The position numbers were made by a program, and so were the translations under genes. A DNA stretch of 34,345 nt from Mycobacteriales bacterium (GTDB lineage: Bacteria > Actinomycetota > Actinomycetes > Mycobacteriales > SCTD01), in assembly GCA_046596735.1 (NCBI GenBank), contig JBKJLP010000260.1, forward strand, positions 1 to 34,345, given 5' to 3'. Each line of letters begins with the position of its first letter. Within the stretch, counting starts at the first letter, position 1. Below the pieces are notes generated by a model that saw only the letters and a list, made by a program, of their open reading frames with translations, was not told where the DNA came from and ran no database searches. This document shows, piece by piece, positions 16,249 through 25,289 of this stretch.

Positions 16249-17094
16249 GTGTCCCACCAGGCGCGGGCTGCCCTGGCGGCGGCGCTCGCAGACGCCACAG
16301 CAGCGGCCGGTGAGCCGCTACACCCCCAAAGCCGCGGGGCGTGGCAGGCCAATCAGGTGGCGATCGGCGCGAGCGTGGTGGCCTACCTCGGCGCAAACGA
16401 GCAGTCTCGCGCCCGGATCCGCTCCGAACGGTTGCGGTTGGCGTGGGCCGCCGCTGCCGACGTCCCGGTGCCCGCCGTACGCGCTCAGGCTGACGACGAC
16501 GCGTGGCTGCTGGTGCAGCGGGTCCCCGACGACGAGGTCTACGGACCGGCGTACGTCGATGCGGCCGCCGCCGCAGCCACGGCCTTGCGCACGGCTGGCG
16601 ATCCGCCGCCTGACGCCGGGCTGGCCCGATCCCGGCGGGCGCGCCGCAGCGACCTGGTGCCCAGGCTGGCCCGCGCCGCGCTCAGCCCGTTGCGGATCGC
16701 TGAATTTCGCGCGCTGCGCGCCGAAGTGGCCGCTCTGCCCGAGGATCGATTCGTCACCAGCCACGGGGATTTTCACCTCGGCAACGTCCTGTCGGACACG
16801 GGCCGCCGCGTATCCGTCGTCGACTTCGAGTTCCTCGGCCGAGGTCACCCCGCCGACGACCTCATGTCACTGTGGGTGGACCTGGTAGACCCGGCTGACC
16901 GCCAGCGGCTGTTGCGCCTGGCCTGCGACACCGTGGACGTCCCGCGTGCCGAGGTGCTGCTCTTCGCGCACTGGCTGGCCGTACGCCACCTCGCCGAGCT
17001 GGTGACCGGGGTGCCTCTGCTGCGCCGTGATCGACCGGAAGTGCGGGTGGCGGTCACGCGGGTCACTGAGGCGCGCGCGCTTCGCGGCGGGTGA
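16249..17094 (+). CDS. Phosphotransferase-family kinase (APH/choline-kinase fold)
   Basis: SHGDFHLGNVL (HGD-x4-N catalytic loop) is followed by VVDFEF (the metal-binding Asp). The size is about 280 aa. The substrate is unknown. Confidence 0.7.
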   Translation: MSHQARAALAAALADATAAAGEPLHPQSRGAWQANQVAIGASVVAYLGANEQSRARIRSERLRLAWAAAADVPVPAVRAQADDDAWLLVQRVPDDEVYGPAYVDAAAAAATALRTAGDPPPDAGLARSRRARRSDLVPRLARAALSPLRIAEFRALRAEVAALPEDRFVTSHGDFHLGNVLSDTGRRVSVVDFEFLGRGHPADDLMSLWVDLVDPADRQRLLRLACDTVDVPRAEVLLFAHWLAVRHLAELVTGVPLLRRDRPEVRVAVTRVTEARALRGG

Positions 17095-18265
17095 TGACGC
17101 GGCGGATCCGGGCCGGTACGCGCTTGGTCACCGCCCGCGCCTGGCGCCAGAACGGCGCCGGATCCTGCGCCGACCAGACCGGGCGGACAGCCCCCCGGCC
17201 GGCGAGCATCGTGGCCGTTAGGTCGGCGATCAAGGACGGCGTGCGTTGGCGCGCAGCCCGGCGAAGGTCGAGCCCCAAGGCTTGGAAGTGCGCCGACGAC
17301 GTGGCGATCGTGGGCCAGGCGTGCTCACCCAAGGCGTCGCACAGCCAGGTGTCGCACAGCGACATGCCGGCAGCTTCAGCCAGCGCCATCGTCCCGTACG
17401 GACGCGGGTTGGCATCGATGAGGTGCAACCGGCCGCCTGTGTCAGCCAGGAATTCCAGTTGCACCAACCCCCACCACTGGAGTTGGTCCAGCAGGCGGTC
17501 AACGGCCGCCACCAGGTCGGGCGGCGCCGGTTCCAGCGCCCCCCGTACGCAGTTGCCCGCAGGCACGGGGTAGACCCGGCTGGCCCGCTGGTGTGAGCGA
17601 GCGAGCACGACCCCCGACCGGCTGCGGACCACCACATGGGCGACGAGCCAGCCGTCGATGGGCTCCTGGTAGATGGCCTGGGCGCCAGCCGCCCTGACGT
17701 CGTCCGCCCGGCGCAACGCGGCAACGCCGTCCTGCGTGACGACCGTCTCGACGCGGTCCGCGGCGTCGACCACGCCGTGCACCCTGGGCTTGACGACCGC
17801 GCGACCGGCGAAACTCGGCACGTGGCCCGCCGCGGCGGCCTCCGTGAGGGGACTGTTCAGCCCGCACGCACCGGCGGCATCGCTGAGCAGCATTTTGTCC
17901 AAGATGCTCACCACGCGGGCGTGCGCTGGATAGGGCAAGGTGATCCCAGGAAGCAGGTCCCGGTGCTCGGACAGCAGCAGCAGCTCGGCGTCACCGCAGG
18001 GGACCACGACCCTCGCGCCGGTGCGCGCCGCCACGTCGCGGACGTCCCCGAGCCATTCCGTGGTGGTGACCGAATTGATGTGACGCACCACGCCGCTGTC
18101 GCGACAGGCCCGCGACACCGTCGCGATGGACTGCCCGCCCGGTGCACCGATCACGACCCGCCACCCGGCCGCGGCCAGCGATCGAGCGGTCGCGAGCGCG
18201 GTGACTCCGGATCCGTCTTCCACCAGCAGGACCGTGTGCCCGGAGCGGACGGGCGGCGAGGTCAC
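17063..18265 (-). CDS. ATP-grasp domain protein (carboxylate-amine ligase-like)
   Basis: It has an N-terminal Rossmann-like VLLVEDGSGVTALATARSLAAAGWRVVIGAP. The central and C-terminal parts (AVVKPR..., YQEPIDG, VQLEFL...LHLIDANPRPYG) are typical of uncharacterised ATP-grasp ligases. GTG 18265 forms a GTGA overlap with the GT4 stop. Its 3' end overlaps the kinase gene 3' end by 32 nt. Confidence 0.7.
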   Translation of the reverse strand: MTSPPVRSGHTVLLVEDGSGVTALATARSLAAAGWRVVIGAPGGQSIATVSRACRDSGVVRHINSVTTTEWLGDVRDVAARTGARVVVPCGDAELLLLSEHRDLLPGITLPYPAHARVVSILDKMLLSDAAGACGLNSPLTEAAAAGHVPSFAGRAVVKPRVHGVVDAADRVETVVTQDGVAALRRADDVRAAGAQAIYQEPIDGWLVAHVVVRSRSGVVLARSHQRASRVYPVPAGNCVRGALEPAPPDLVAAVDRLLDQLQWWGLVQLEFLADTGGRLHLIDANPRPYGTMALAEAAGMSLCDTWLCDALGEHAWPTIATSSAHFQALGLDLRRAARQRTPSLIADLTATMLAGRGAVRPVWSAQDPAPFWRQARAVTKRVPARIRRVITRREARAPQ

Positions 18266-19380
18266 TCCCGATTGGACCACGCCTGGTGCAACGCGAACAC
18301 GCGGTCCTGCAACCGAATAAGGAAACTGTCGACGGAGAACTCCTCGGCGCGGGCCCGCAACGCGGCCACGTCGTAGTCCTGCGGGCGGAAGATGCGCAGC
18401 GCCTGCACCAGCGAGGCGACCGTTTGCTCGGCGAAGAAGTCGCCCGTGACGCCCGCGACCACGGTCTCGGTGGCGCCGCCGCGGGCCAGCGCAAGCACCG
18501 GCGTGCCACTGGCCATCGCTTCGAGCGGTGTCAGGCCGAAGTCCTCGTCCGCCGGGAAGATCATGGCCCGCGCCTGCCCGTACTCCCGCGCCACCTCAGC
18601 GTCAGAGACAGCTCCGGTGAACACGGTGCGCGGGCCGGCCAGACTCTCCAGCCGCGGCCGCTCGGGGCCATCCCCCACGACCCGCAGCGGCAGGTCCAGC
18701 TCGGCGCAGGCGCGCACAGCCAACGCGACCGACTTGTACGGGATGAGGCGTGACACGACGACGAAGTGGTCGCCGCGCGCTTGGTCGGTGGTGAAGCGAC
18801 GGATGTCGACGGGCGGGTGCAGCACCTCGCTGTCGCGGCGGTAGTACTTCTCGATCCGGCGGGCGACGACGGCAGAGTTGGCGAACAGGTGATCGGGGCG
18901 TTGGGCGGCCGCGAGATCCCATTGACGCATGCGCCCGGCGAGTACGGGCAGGGCTAGCCGGACGAGCGGATCGAGCCGACCGAAGCCCGGGTTGGCCAGG
19001 TAGCGCTGGTAATCGCTCCAGTAGTAGCGGGTCGGTGTGTGGATGTAGGCCAGGTGCAGAGTGTCCGGTCCCGTCAGGACGCCTTTGGCCTCGCAGTGGT
19101 CGGAGGTCAGCACGACGTCGTAGCCGGACAGGTCGAACGATTCGAAGGCGCGTCGGCGCAGCAGCGGGAAAAGTTGATGGCGGTGCGAGAGCGGCCACGA
19201 CTGCAGAAACGACGTACGCACGTCGCGGGAGGCAAAGTCCGGCAACGCACCTCGGTCGTACACCGAGGTGTAGATCGGCGCGCCGGGAAAGGCTTGGCTG
19301 AACGCGTCCAGGACCCGCTCGCTGCCACCCTGATTCGTCAGCCAGGGGTGGACGAGGGCCACCTTGAGTTCGGTGCTCAC
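18262..19380 (-). CDS. Glycosyltransferase family 4 (GT-B)
   Basis: Motifs are KVALVHPWLTNQGGSERV at the N terminus and EDFGLTPLEAMASGTPVLA (EX7E). The GTGA overlap at 19377-19380 couples it to the upstream deacetylase gene. Confidence 0.85.
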   Translation of the reverse strand: MSTELKVALVHPWLTNQGGSERVLDAFSQAFPGAPIYTSVYDRGALPDFASRDVRTSFLQSWPLSHRHQLFPLLRRRAFESFDLSGYDVVLTSDHCEAKGVLTGPDTLHLAYIHTPTRYYWSDYQRYLANPGFGRLDPLVRLALPVLAGRMRQWDLAAAQRPDHLFANSAVVARRIEKYYRRDSEVLHPPVDIRRFTTDQARGDHFVVVSRLIPYKSVALAVRACAELDLPLRVVGDGPERPRLESLAGPRTVFTGAVSDAEVAREYGQARAMIFPADEDFGLTPLEAMASGTPVLALARGGATETVVAGVTGDFFAEQTVASLVQALRIFRPQDYDVAALRARAEEFSVDSFLIRLQDRVFALHQAWSNRE

Positions 19381-20183
19381 CCGGCCAGCAGCTCAGAAAC
19401 GCTGGTCGGCTCCAGACCGCGGGCGCGCAACCTGGCAAAGACCCGGGGAAGGGCGTTTACGGTCTCCGGGTGGCCCAGGTGCAGCTGCACGATCGACCCT
19501 GGACGACTTCCGCTGCCCACGATCCGCACGATCACTCCCGCCCCCGGGTCTGACCAATCGCGCGGATCGACATCCCATCCGATGACCTTGTCGTAGCCAG
19601 CCTTCGCGGCGAGGTGAAGCAGGATAGGCACCGGTAGGTCGACCTCGGGCGCCAACAAGCCCATGCCAGGTCCGCCGGTCTGCTTCACCAGGACGTCGCG
19701 GCAGCGCTCGATCTCGGTTCTCATCACGGACGGCGTGATCCGACTGAAGTCCGGGTGGCTGAAGGAGTGATTGCCCAGTTCGTGGCCGGCTGCCGTGATC
19801 GCTTTGGCGACCGTGGGCTGGTCGAGCAACCAGGTACCGATGGCGAAGACGCTGGCCGTGACCTGCTCCCGCTTCAGCACCCGCAGCGCGGCGTCGGTCG
19901 TCCTGCGGTCCCCGTCGCCGTGAAACATGATTCCGACTTTGTTGACCGTGCGCGAGCCCTTCGGGATGAACGCCGCGCGGTCGGCAGCAGCTGCCGCGGC
20001 GGTCGGGTCGCTGAAAGCCTCGGCCGCGGTGACCGGCCGTCGCGGCCCAGCGGGGACCGGGGCGTCAGGTTGAGGGGCGGGCGCTGTCGCGGACTGACGC
20101 GCCGCGCACGCCGCGACCGAGCCAGCCACGACCGCCGCACCCGCGCCGCGCAGCAGCGCGCGTCGGCTGAGACCAGCGCTCAT
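19377..20183 (-). CDS. Exported polysaccharide deacetylase (NodB domain) with Tat-like/lipoprotein-like signal
   Basis: The signal region is MSAGLSRRALLRGAGAAVVAGSVAACA (twin-Arg followed by AAC). The NodB motif 2 is GNHSFSHPDF. Motif 1 is atypical (IMFHGDGD rather than TFDDG). The ATGA overlap at 20180-20183 couples it to the priming transferase gene. Confidence 0.8.
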   Translation of the reverse strand: MSAGLSRRALLRGAGAAVVAGSVAACAARQSATAPAPQPDAPVPAGPRRPVTAAEAFSDPTAAAAAADRAAFIPKGSRTVNKVGIMFHGDGDRRTTDAALRVLKREQVTASVFAIGTWLLDQPTVAKAITAAGHELGNHSFSHPDFSRITPSVMRTEIERCRDVLVKQTGGPGMGLLAPEVDLPVPILLHLAAKAGYDKVIGWDVDPRDWSDPGAGVIVRIVGSGSRPGSIVQLHLGHPETVNALPRVFARLRARGLEPTSVSELLAG

Positions 20184-21676
20184 GCACCTGCCCGCTTCAA
20201 CACCTGGCCTAGCGTACGGATCATGATCTTCAGATCAGCCCACAAAGACCAGTGTTCGATGTAAAAGTTGTCAAACCGTGCACGGTCCTCGATAGAGGTG
20301 TCGCCGCGCAATCCATGCACCTGGGCCCAGCCCGTCAGCCCGCTCGGCACCCGGTGTCGGGCGGTGTAGCGCGGGAAGGTCTGGGTGAAACTGTCGACGA
20401 AGAAGGGTCGCTCGGGGCGCGGCCCGACCAACGTCATGTCGCCGCGCAGGATGTTCCACAGTTGGGGCAGCTCGTCCAGGCTGCTGGCCCGGAGGGTGCG
20501 ACCGACGATGCCGATGCCCGACGGGGCGACGTTCCACCGGGTCTGCGACTCAGTCTCGGTGGCCGGCTTGATCGAACGGAACTTCAACACCTGGAAGTTG
20601 CGTCCGTCCAGACCCACCCGCTCCTGGCGAAACAGGATGCCGGGGCCTCCCTCGATCCGCACGGCGAGCGCGCACGCGGCCAGCACGGGAGTCAGCAGCA
20701 GTAGCGCCACGGCGGACAGCACGACGTCCATGACCCGCTTCAGCGCCCAGGTCGGCGACTGAAAGGCCGGCCGCTTCAGGCGGAACAGCGGGATGCCCCA
20801 GACGTTTTCGACGTCGCGGCTGCCGTGTTGCAGCTCAAACAGTCGCGGCACGAAGAAGATCTCGACCTCGAGCCGGTCGCAGGTGCGGATGATGTCGACC
20901 ATGTCGGACTCCGGCAGAGAGCCGAAGGCCACGATGACGTCACGCACCCCGAACTCGACGACGACCTTCGCGAGGTCCGCCGCTCCACCCAGCACGGGGA
21001 CGAGCCGGGCGTCCGCGTCGAGCAGGGGGTTGTCGTCGAGGAAGCCGATGGGCTTGAGCCCGTATTCACGGTGTGACACCAGCGTCGAGGTGAGCAAGCC
21101 ACCGACGCGGCCGGCACCCAGCACGAGAGTCGGGTGAGCGACCCACCCCTTGGCCCGGAAGTAACGCACCACCTGGTAGCCGATCAGCCGACCGACGAGC
21201 ACGAGCAGGGCACCCACGAGTGCCGCGGCGAGCAGACTGGCCTCGAACTCAGCGCCACCGCCACGGAGGAGCAGGCCGCCACAGACCACGATCGCCGCGG
21301 CGGACAGCGTGCGGCCGAACAGGCTGGGCATGTCATCCAGCAGCGAGAGGGTGAGTCGGCTGCGATAAAAACCGGCGGCTGCGAAGAGAACCGCTTGAAG
21401 CAGGACGAAAGCCACCTCGAGCCGCAGTGGGGCCGCCGACAGGCGCAGGGCCACGATGAGTGCGCCTGCGTCCAGCGCAGCGAGGAACGGGCGAACGCCG
21501 TAGCGCAAGATCGTGCGGTCGGGGATCCACGGGCGCAGTCGTTTCAGCCCCTGGGTGTCGTCCGTACGACTGCGGCCATCCAGGCCTAGGGTCGGGGCAG
21601 ACCGGCGGGGCGCCAACTGACGATCGGGTAGCGGCAGAAACGGACGCCGATTCGGATCCAGGGCCTTATGCGCCAT
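20180..21676 (-). CDS. Polyprenyl-phosphate glycosyl-1-phosphate transferase (WbaP/CpsE/EpsL-type priming enzyme)
   Basis: N-terminal TM helices are followed by a central Rossmann-like domain. The C-terminal bacterial sugar transferase domain has LKRVMDVVLSAVALLLLTP, FRQERVG, VLKFRS, DELPQLWNILRGDMTLVGPRPERP and the tail KIMIRTLGQVL. Confidence 0.9.
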   Translation of the reverse strand: MAHKALDPNRRPFLPLPDRQLAPRRSAPTLGLDGRSRTDDTQGLKRLRPWIPDRTILRYGVRPFLAALDAGALIVALRLSAAPLRLEVAFVLLQAVLFAAAGFYRSRLTLSLLDDMPSLFGRTLSAAAIVVCGGLLLRGGGAEFEASLLAAALVGALLVLVGRLIGYQVVRYFRAKGWVAHPTLVLGAGRVGGLLTSTLVSHREYGLKPIGFLDDNPLLDADARLVPVLGGAADLAKVVVEFGVRDVIVAFGSLPESDMVDIIRTCDRLEVEIFFVPRLFELQHGSRDVENVWGIPLFRLKRPAFQSPTWALKRVMDVVLSAVALLLLTPVLAACALAVRIEGGPGILFRQERVGLDGRNFQVLKFRSIKPATETESQTRWNVAPSGIGIVGRTLRASSLDELPQLWNILRGDMTLVGPRPERPFFVDSFTQTFPRYTARHRVPSGLTGWAQVHGLRGDTSIEDRARFDNFYIEHWSLWADLKIMIRTLGQVLKRAGA

Positions 21677-21810
21677 GGTCCACCGACTTCCTCAGTTGTG
21701 CCCGGGTCCCGTGCCGCCCCAGGCGAAGATGACTCCTCAACGGCTTCGACTGCTACGCGCAGTTACTTAAGTATGACGGTCCGGGTGCGAAATGGCCACC
21801 CGCCTCACAG

Positions 21811-23130
21811 GTGCACGTGGTGTGCCGTCCTGACGCCTACGCTGTGGCCGTGCCCGTGCCCGCGCCGCCGTGGGCTGCGCCGACCGCCCTCGCGCCCCTG
21901 CACGCCGTCGTGGCCCTGCCCGGGAGCAAAAGCGGCACCAATCGGGCCTTGGTGCTGGCCGCCCTGTCGCCCGGTCGCTCGGTGCTGCGTCGCCCGCTCC
22001 GCAGCCGAGACACGACCCTCATGGTGGCCGCCCTGAGCACGCTTGGCGTGAGCGTGGTCGATGACGGTCCCGACTGGGTCGTCGAGGGTTCAGGCGAAGC
22101 ACGGCACGCGGTGACCGATCGGGTCGATGTCGGCAACGCCGGGACGGTCGCCCGCTTCCTCCCGGCCGTCGCCGGCCTGGGTCACGGTGCTGTCCGCTTC
22201 GACGGCGACCCGCGGGTCCGCGAGCGACCCCTTGGTCCGTTGCTGGCGGCCCTGCGTGAACTGGGCGCCGACCTGGACGGTGTCCGGTCACTCCCCGTGA
22301 CCGTGACGGGCCACGGCGGGATCCGCGGTGGAGCGGTAACCGTGGACGCGACGGAGTCGAGCCAACTGATCAGCGGACTCCTGCTTGCCGCACCCCGATT
22401 TGCCGAGGGGTTGACGGTGCGACACGCCGGGGGGCGACTGCCGAGCGCCCCGCACGTGGCCATGACAGTGCAGGCGCTGCGCGACGCAGGGGCGACCGTC
22501 ACTCAGGGCGACCTGACCTGGCGGGTGGAGCCGGGTCCGCTGCAGCCGCGCGACGCCACGGTCGAACCGGACCTGTCCACCGCAGCGGCTTACCTCGCCG
22601 CGCCTCTCGTTGTCGGCGGCTCGGTCACGGTCACCGGCTGGCCGCGCGAGACCGTCCAACCCGGCGCGGTGCTGCCCGACCTGCTCGCCGCCATGGGCGC
22701 CGTGGTGTCGCGTACGGACACCGACGTCACGGTCAGCGCCGGGTCGGGGCTGCGCGGGATCGTGGCCGACCTCGGCGATGCCCCTGAGCTCACCATGGTC
22801 CTGACCGCCCTGGCCGCGCTCGCCGACTCCCCCAGCCGCTTCACCGGTGTCGCACACATCCGCCTGCAGGAGACCGACCGGCTGGCCGCCCTCGCGACCG
22901 AGCTCAACCGCATCGGCGGCGACGTCCGCGAGTTGCCCGATGGCCTCGAGGTCAACCCGCGACCGCTCACCAGCGGAGTGCTGCGCAGCTACGACGACCA
23001 TCGCATCGCGATGGCCTGGGCCGTGCTGGGCCTGGGTGTCGCCGGCATCGAGGTCGAAGACATCGCCACCACCGGCAAGACCGTTCCCGACTTCGCCGGG
23101 TCCTGGCACCGGATGCTCGCCGCCGAGTGA
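21811..23130 (+). CDS. aroA: 3-phosphoshikimate 1-carboxyvinyltransferase (EPSP synthase)
   Basis: Motifs are LPGSKSGTNRALVLAAL, NAGTVARFL, DHRIAMAWAVLGL and the overall length. The start is uncertain. The ORF begins at GTG 21811. In-frame GTGs at 21844, 21850 and 21856 fit the length of the mycobacterial AroA N terminus better. Confidence 0.9.
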   Translation: MHVVCRPDAYAVAVPVPAPPWAAPTALAPLHAVVALPGSKSGTNRALVLAALSPGRSVLRRPLRSRDTTLMVAALSTLGVSVVDDGPDWVVEGSGEARHAVTDRVDVGNAGTVARFLPAVAGLGHGAVRFDGDPRVRERPLGPLLAALRELGADLDGVRSLPVTVTGHGGIRGGAVTVDATESSQLISGLLLAAPRFAEGLTVRHAGGRLPSAPHVAMTVQALRDAGATVTQGDLTWRVEPGPLQPRDATVEPDLSTAAAYLAAPLVVGGSVTVTGWPRETVQPGAVLPDLLAAMGAVVSRTDTDVTVSAGSGLRGIVADLGDAPELTMVLTALAALADSPSRFTGVAHIRLQETDRLAALATELNRIGGDVRELPDGLEVNPRPLTSGVLRSYDDHRIAMAWAVLGLGVAGIEVEDIATTGKTVPDFAGSWHRMLAAE

Positions 23131-24092
23131 GCCCGCGCGAGCTCGACGAAGACGACGTCCGCATCCGACCAGGGCGCGGCTCCCGACCACGCACGCGGAC
23201 CCGGCCGGTTCATGAGGACGCCCACGCCGCCGTCGTCGTCACCGTGGACCGCGGCCGCTACCGACTGCGGCTCGCGGACGGCGGGCAGGTCAGTGCGGTC
23301 CGCGCCCGCGAGCTCGGCCGGCGAGCCGTCGTCGTCGGCGACCTCGTCGCCGTCGTCGGCGATGTGTCCGGCGGTCCGGACGCCCTCGCTCGCGTCGTGC
23401 GGATCGAGCCGCGCACCAGCGTGCTTCGGCGCACCCCGGACGACAGCGATCCGATCGAACGCGCGGTCGTCGCCAACGCCCAGATCCTGGTCGTTGTTAC
23501 TGCCCTGGCCGACCCGGTCCCGCGCCCCCGCCTGATCGATCGCTGTCTGGTCGCGGCGTACGACGGGGGACTCGAACCCTTGCTCTGCCTCACAAAATCC
23601 GACTTGGCTAGCCCGGACGACCTACTAGCTCTCTATCGGCCGCTCGGTGTCGAGGCGGTCGTGACCTCGCCGGATTCGGGGGTCGCCGAACTCGCCGCAC
23701 GGCTGGGCAACCGCACGAGCGTGCTGTTCGGTCAGTCCGGAGTGGGCAAGTCCACGCTGGTGAACCAACTCGTCCCGGACGCGTTCCGCGCGGTCGGCGA
23801 TGTCAGCGGCGTCGGCAAGGGACGGCACACCTCGTCGTCGGCCGTCGCCCTCGAACTACCTGGTGGTGGAACCGTGATCGACACCCCCGGCATCCGATCG
23901 TTCGGCCTCGGCGCAGTGTCACCGCATCGAGTCCTGGCCGCGTTTGAGTTGGGCGCCGTGGCCGAGGAATGCCCGCCCGGCTGCAGCCACCTTCCCGACG
24001 CACCGACGTGCGCGCTGGACGCGGCTGACATCGACGCCGGCCGGCTGGATTCCCTGCGCCGCCTGCTGATTGCCCTCTCCGGCGACGACTAG
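23127..24092 (+). CDS. rsgA: Ribosome small-subunit-dependent GTPase A
   Basis: It has an OB-fold N terminus, a circularly permuted GTPase (LTKSDL then GQSGVGKSTLVNQL) and GRHTSS. The C-terminal Cys/His cluster is CPPGCSHLPDAPTC. A GTGA overlap joins it to the aroA stop. Confidence 0.9.
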   Translation: MSPRELDEDDVRIRPGRGSRPRTRTRPVHEDAHAAVVVTVDRGRYRLRLADGGQVSAVRARELGRRAVVVGDLVAVVGDVSGGPDALARVVRIEPRTSVLRRTPDDSDPIERAVVANAQILVVVTALADPVPRPRLIDRCLVAAYDGGLEPLLCLTKSDLASPDDLLALYRPLGVEAVVTSPDSGVAELAARLGNRTSVLFGQSGVGKSTLVNQLVPDAFRAVGDVSGVGKGRHTSSSAVALELPGGGTVIDTPGIRSFGLGAVSPHRVLAAFELGAVAEECPPGCSHLPDAPTCALDAADIDAGRLDSLRRLLIALSGDD

Positions 24093-24158
24093 GGCTCAGC
24101 TCTGCGTCGTCGTTCGTCGTCGGCGAGCAACCCCCACAGCGCCGTCATGGCCGGCCAG

Positions 24159-25289
24159 CTAGTCGACCGCTACCGGTTGCTCGTCGGCACCGACCGCGAT
24201 GGTCTCCTCGATCTCGGTGATGCGCCGCTCGACCTCGGCGGCCTCCGTCCGATCGCGGTCGAGCTTCTCGGCCACGTCCTCATCGTTCTTCATCAGGGCA
24301 TCGAGGTCAGCATCGCCCATCTCGAACACCCCCATGTCGGCGTAGGCGCGCTGCACCTTCGGACCCCACAGTCCGATGTCCTTGACGATCGGGACGATGC
24401 GCGTGAACAGCTGATTGCGGAACATCTGCATGAACTCGGACTGGTCGACGTAGGCGTCGCACTCCTTCTCATCCAGGCCGACGGTCGCCCAGACCTCCTT
24501 GCCACGGATCCGGTCGCGCATCAGATAGCAGGCCTCGACGACGAACTCCTCGCGTTCGTCACGCTCGCTGCTCGTCAGGTCGGCGTAGGCGTCCTTGAGC
24601 GCGAGTCGGCCGAAGGCCACGTGGCGCGCTTCGTCCTGCATGACGTAGGACAGGATCTGCTTGGGGAGCGGCTTGGTCGTCATGTCGCGCAGCATCCCGA
24701 ACGCGGCGAGCGCGAGGCCTTCGATAAGCACCTGCATACCGAGGTAGGGCATGTCCCAGCGAGAGTCGGTCAGCGTCTCCTCGAGCAGCTTGGAGAGGTT
24801 GTCGTTGATCGGATAGAGCAACCCGATCTTCTCCTGGAGGAAGCGCGCGTAGGTCTCGGCGTGCCGGGCCTCGTCCATGGTCTGTGTGGCCGCGTAAAAC
24901 TTGGAGTCGAGGTCAGGGACCGACTCCACGATGCGGGCCGCGCAGATCATCGCGCCCTGCTCGCCGTGCAGGAACTGACTGAACTGCCACGCCGCCTGGT
25001 GGCGGTTGAGTTCCTGGCGGTGCTGCACGGTCATCTTGTCCCAGATCGGCGTGCCGTAGATGGCGCTCACCGAGTCAGGCAGGCCGAGGGAGTCGTACGG
25101 ATCGACCTCGAGGGACCAGTCGATACGGGAGTTCTGATCCCACTGCTTGTCCTTGCCCTTCTGGTACAGCGACAACAGCCGGTCCCGGCCGGCGTCGTAC
25201 TCCCAGTTGAAGCGCGCGTCCCCCGCCATCGGCACGTCCCAAGTCGTGGCAACGTCGACCGGCTTGGCGTACTTGTCCGAAGTGCTCAT
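24159..25289 (-). CDS. Ferritin-like di-iron carboxylate protein (AurF-like di-iron oxygenase family)
   Basis: There are two E-x2-H motifs in helices (TMDEARHAETY and MQDEARHVAFG). HGEQGA and LIEGLA glutamates are spaced as in di-iron oxygenases. The protein looks soluble. An ATGA overlap joins it to the TetR gene stop. Confidence 0.65.
   Translation of the reverse strand: MSTSDKYAKPVDVATTWDVPMAGDARFNWEYDAGRDRLLSLYQKGKDKQWDQNSRIDWSLEVDPYDSLGLPDSVSAIYGTPIWDKMTVQHRQELNRHQAAWQFSQFLHGEQGAMICAARIVESVPDLDSKFYAATQTMDEARHAETYARFLQEKIGLLYPINDNLSKLLEETLTDSRWDMPYLGMQVLIEGLALAAFGMLRDMTTKPLPKQILSYVMQDEARHVAFGRLALKDAYADLTSSERDEREEFVVEACYLMRDRIRGKEVWATVGLDEKECDAYVDQSEFMQMFRNQLFTRIVPIVKDIGLWGPKVQRAYADMGVFEMGDADLDALMKNDEDVAEKLDRDRTEAAEVERRITEIEETIAVGADEQPVAVD

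Noticed and set aside
21677-21810. An AT-richer patch (CAGTTACTTAAGTATGACGG) between the primer gene and aroA, considered as divergent promoters.
   Set aside because: This is a plausible promoter region. However, I could not assign convincing -35/-10 hexamers with proper spacing for either strand, so I make no feature call.
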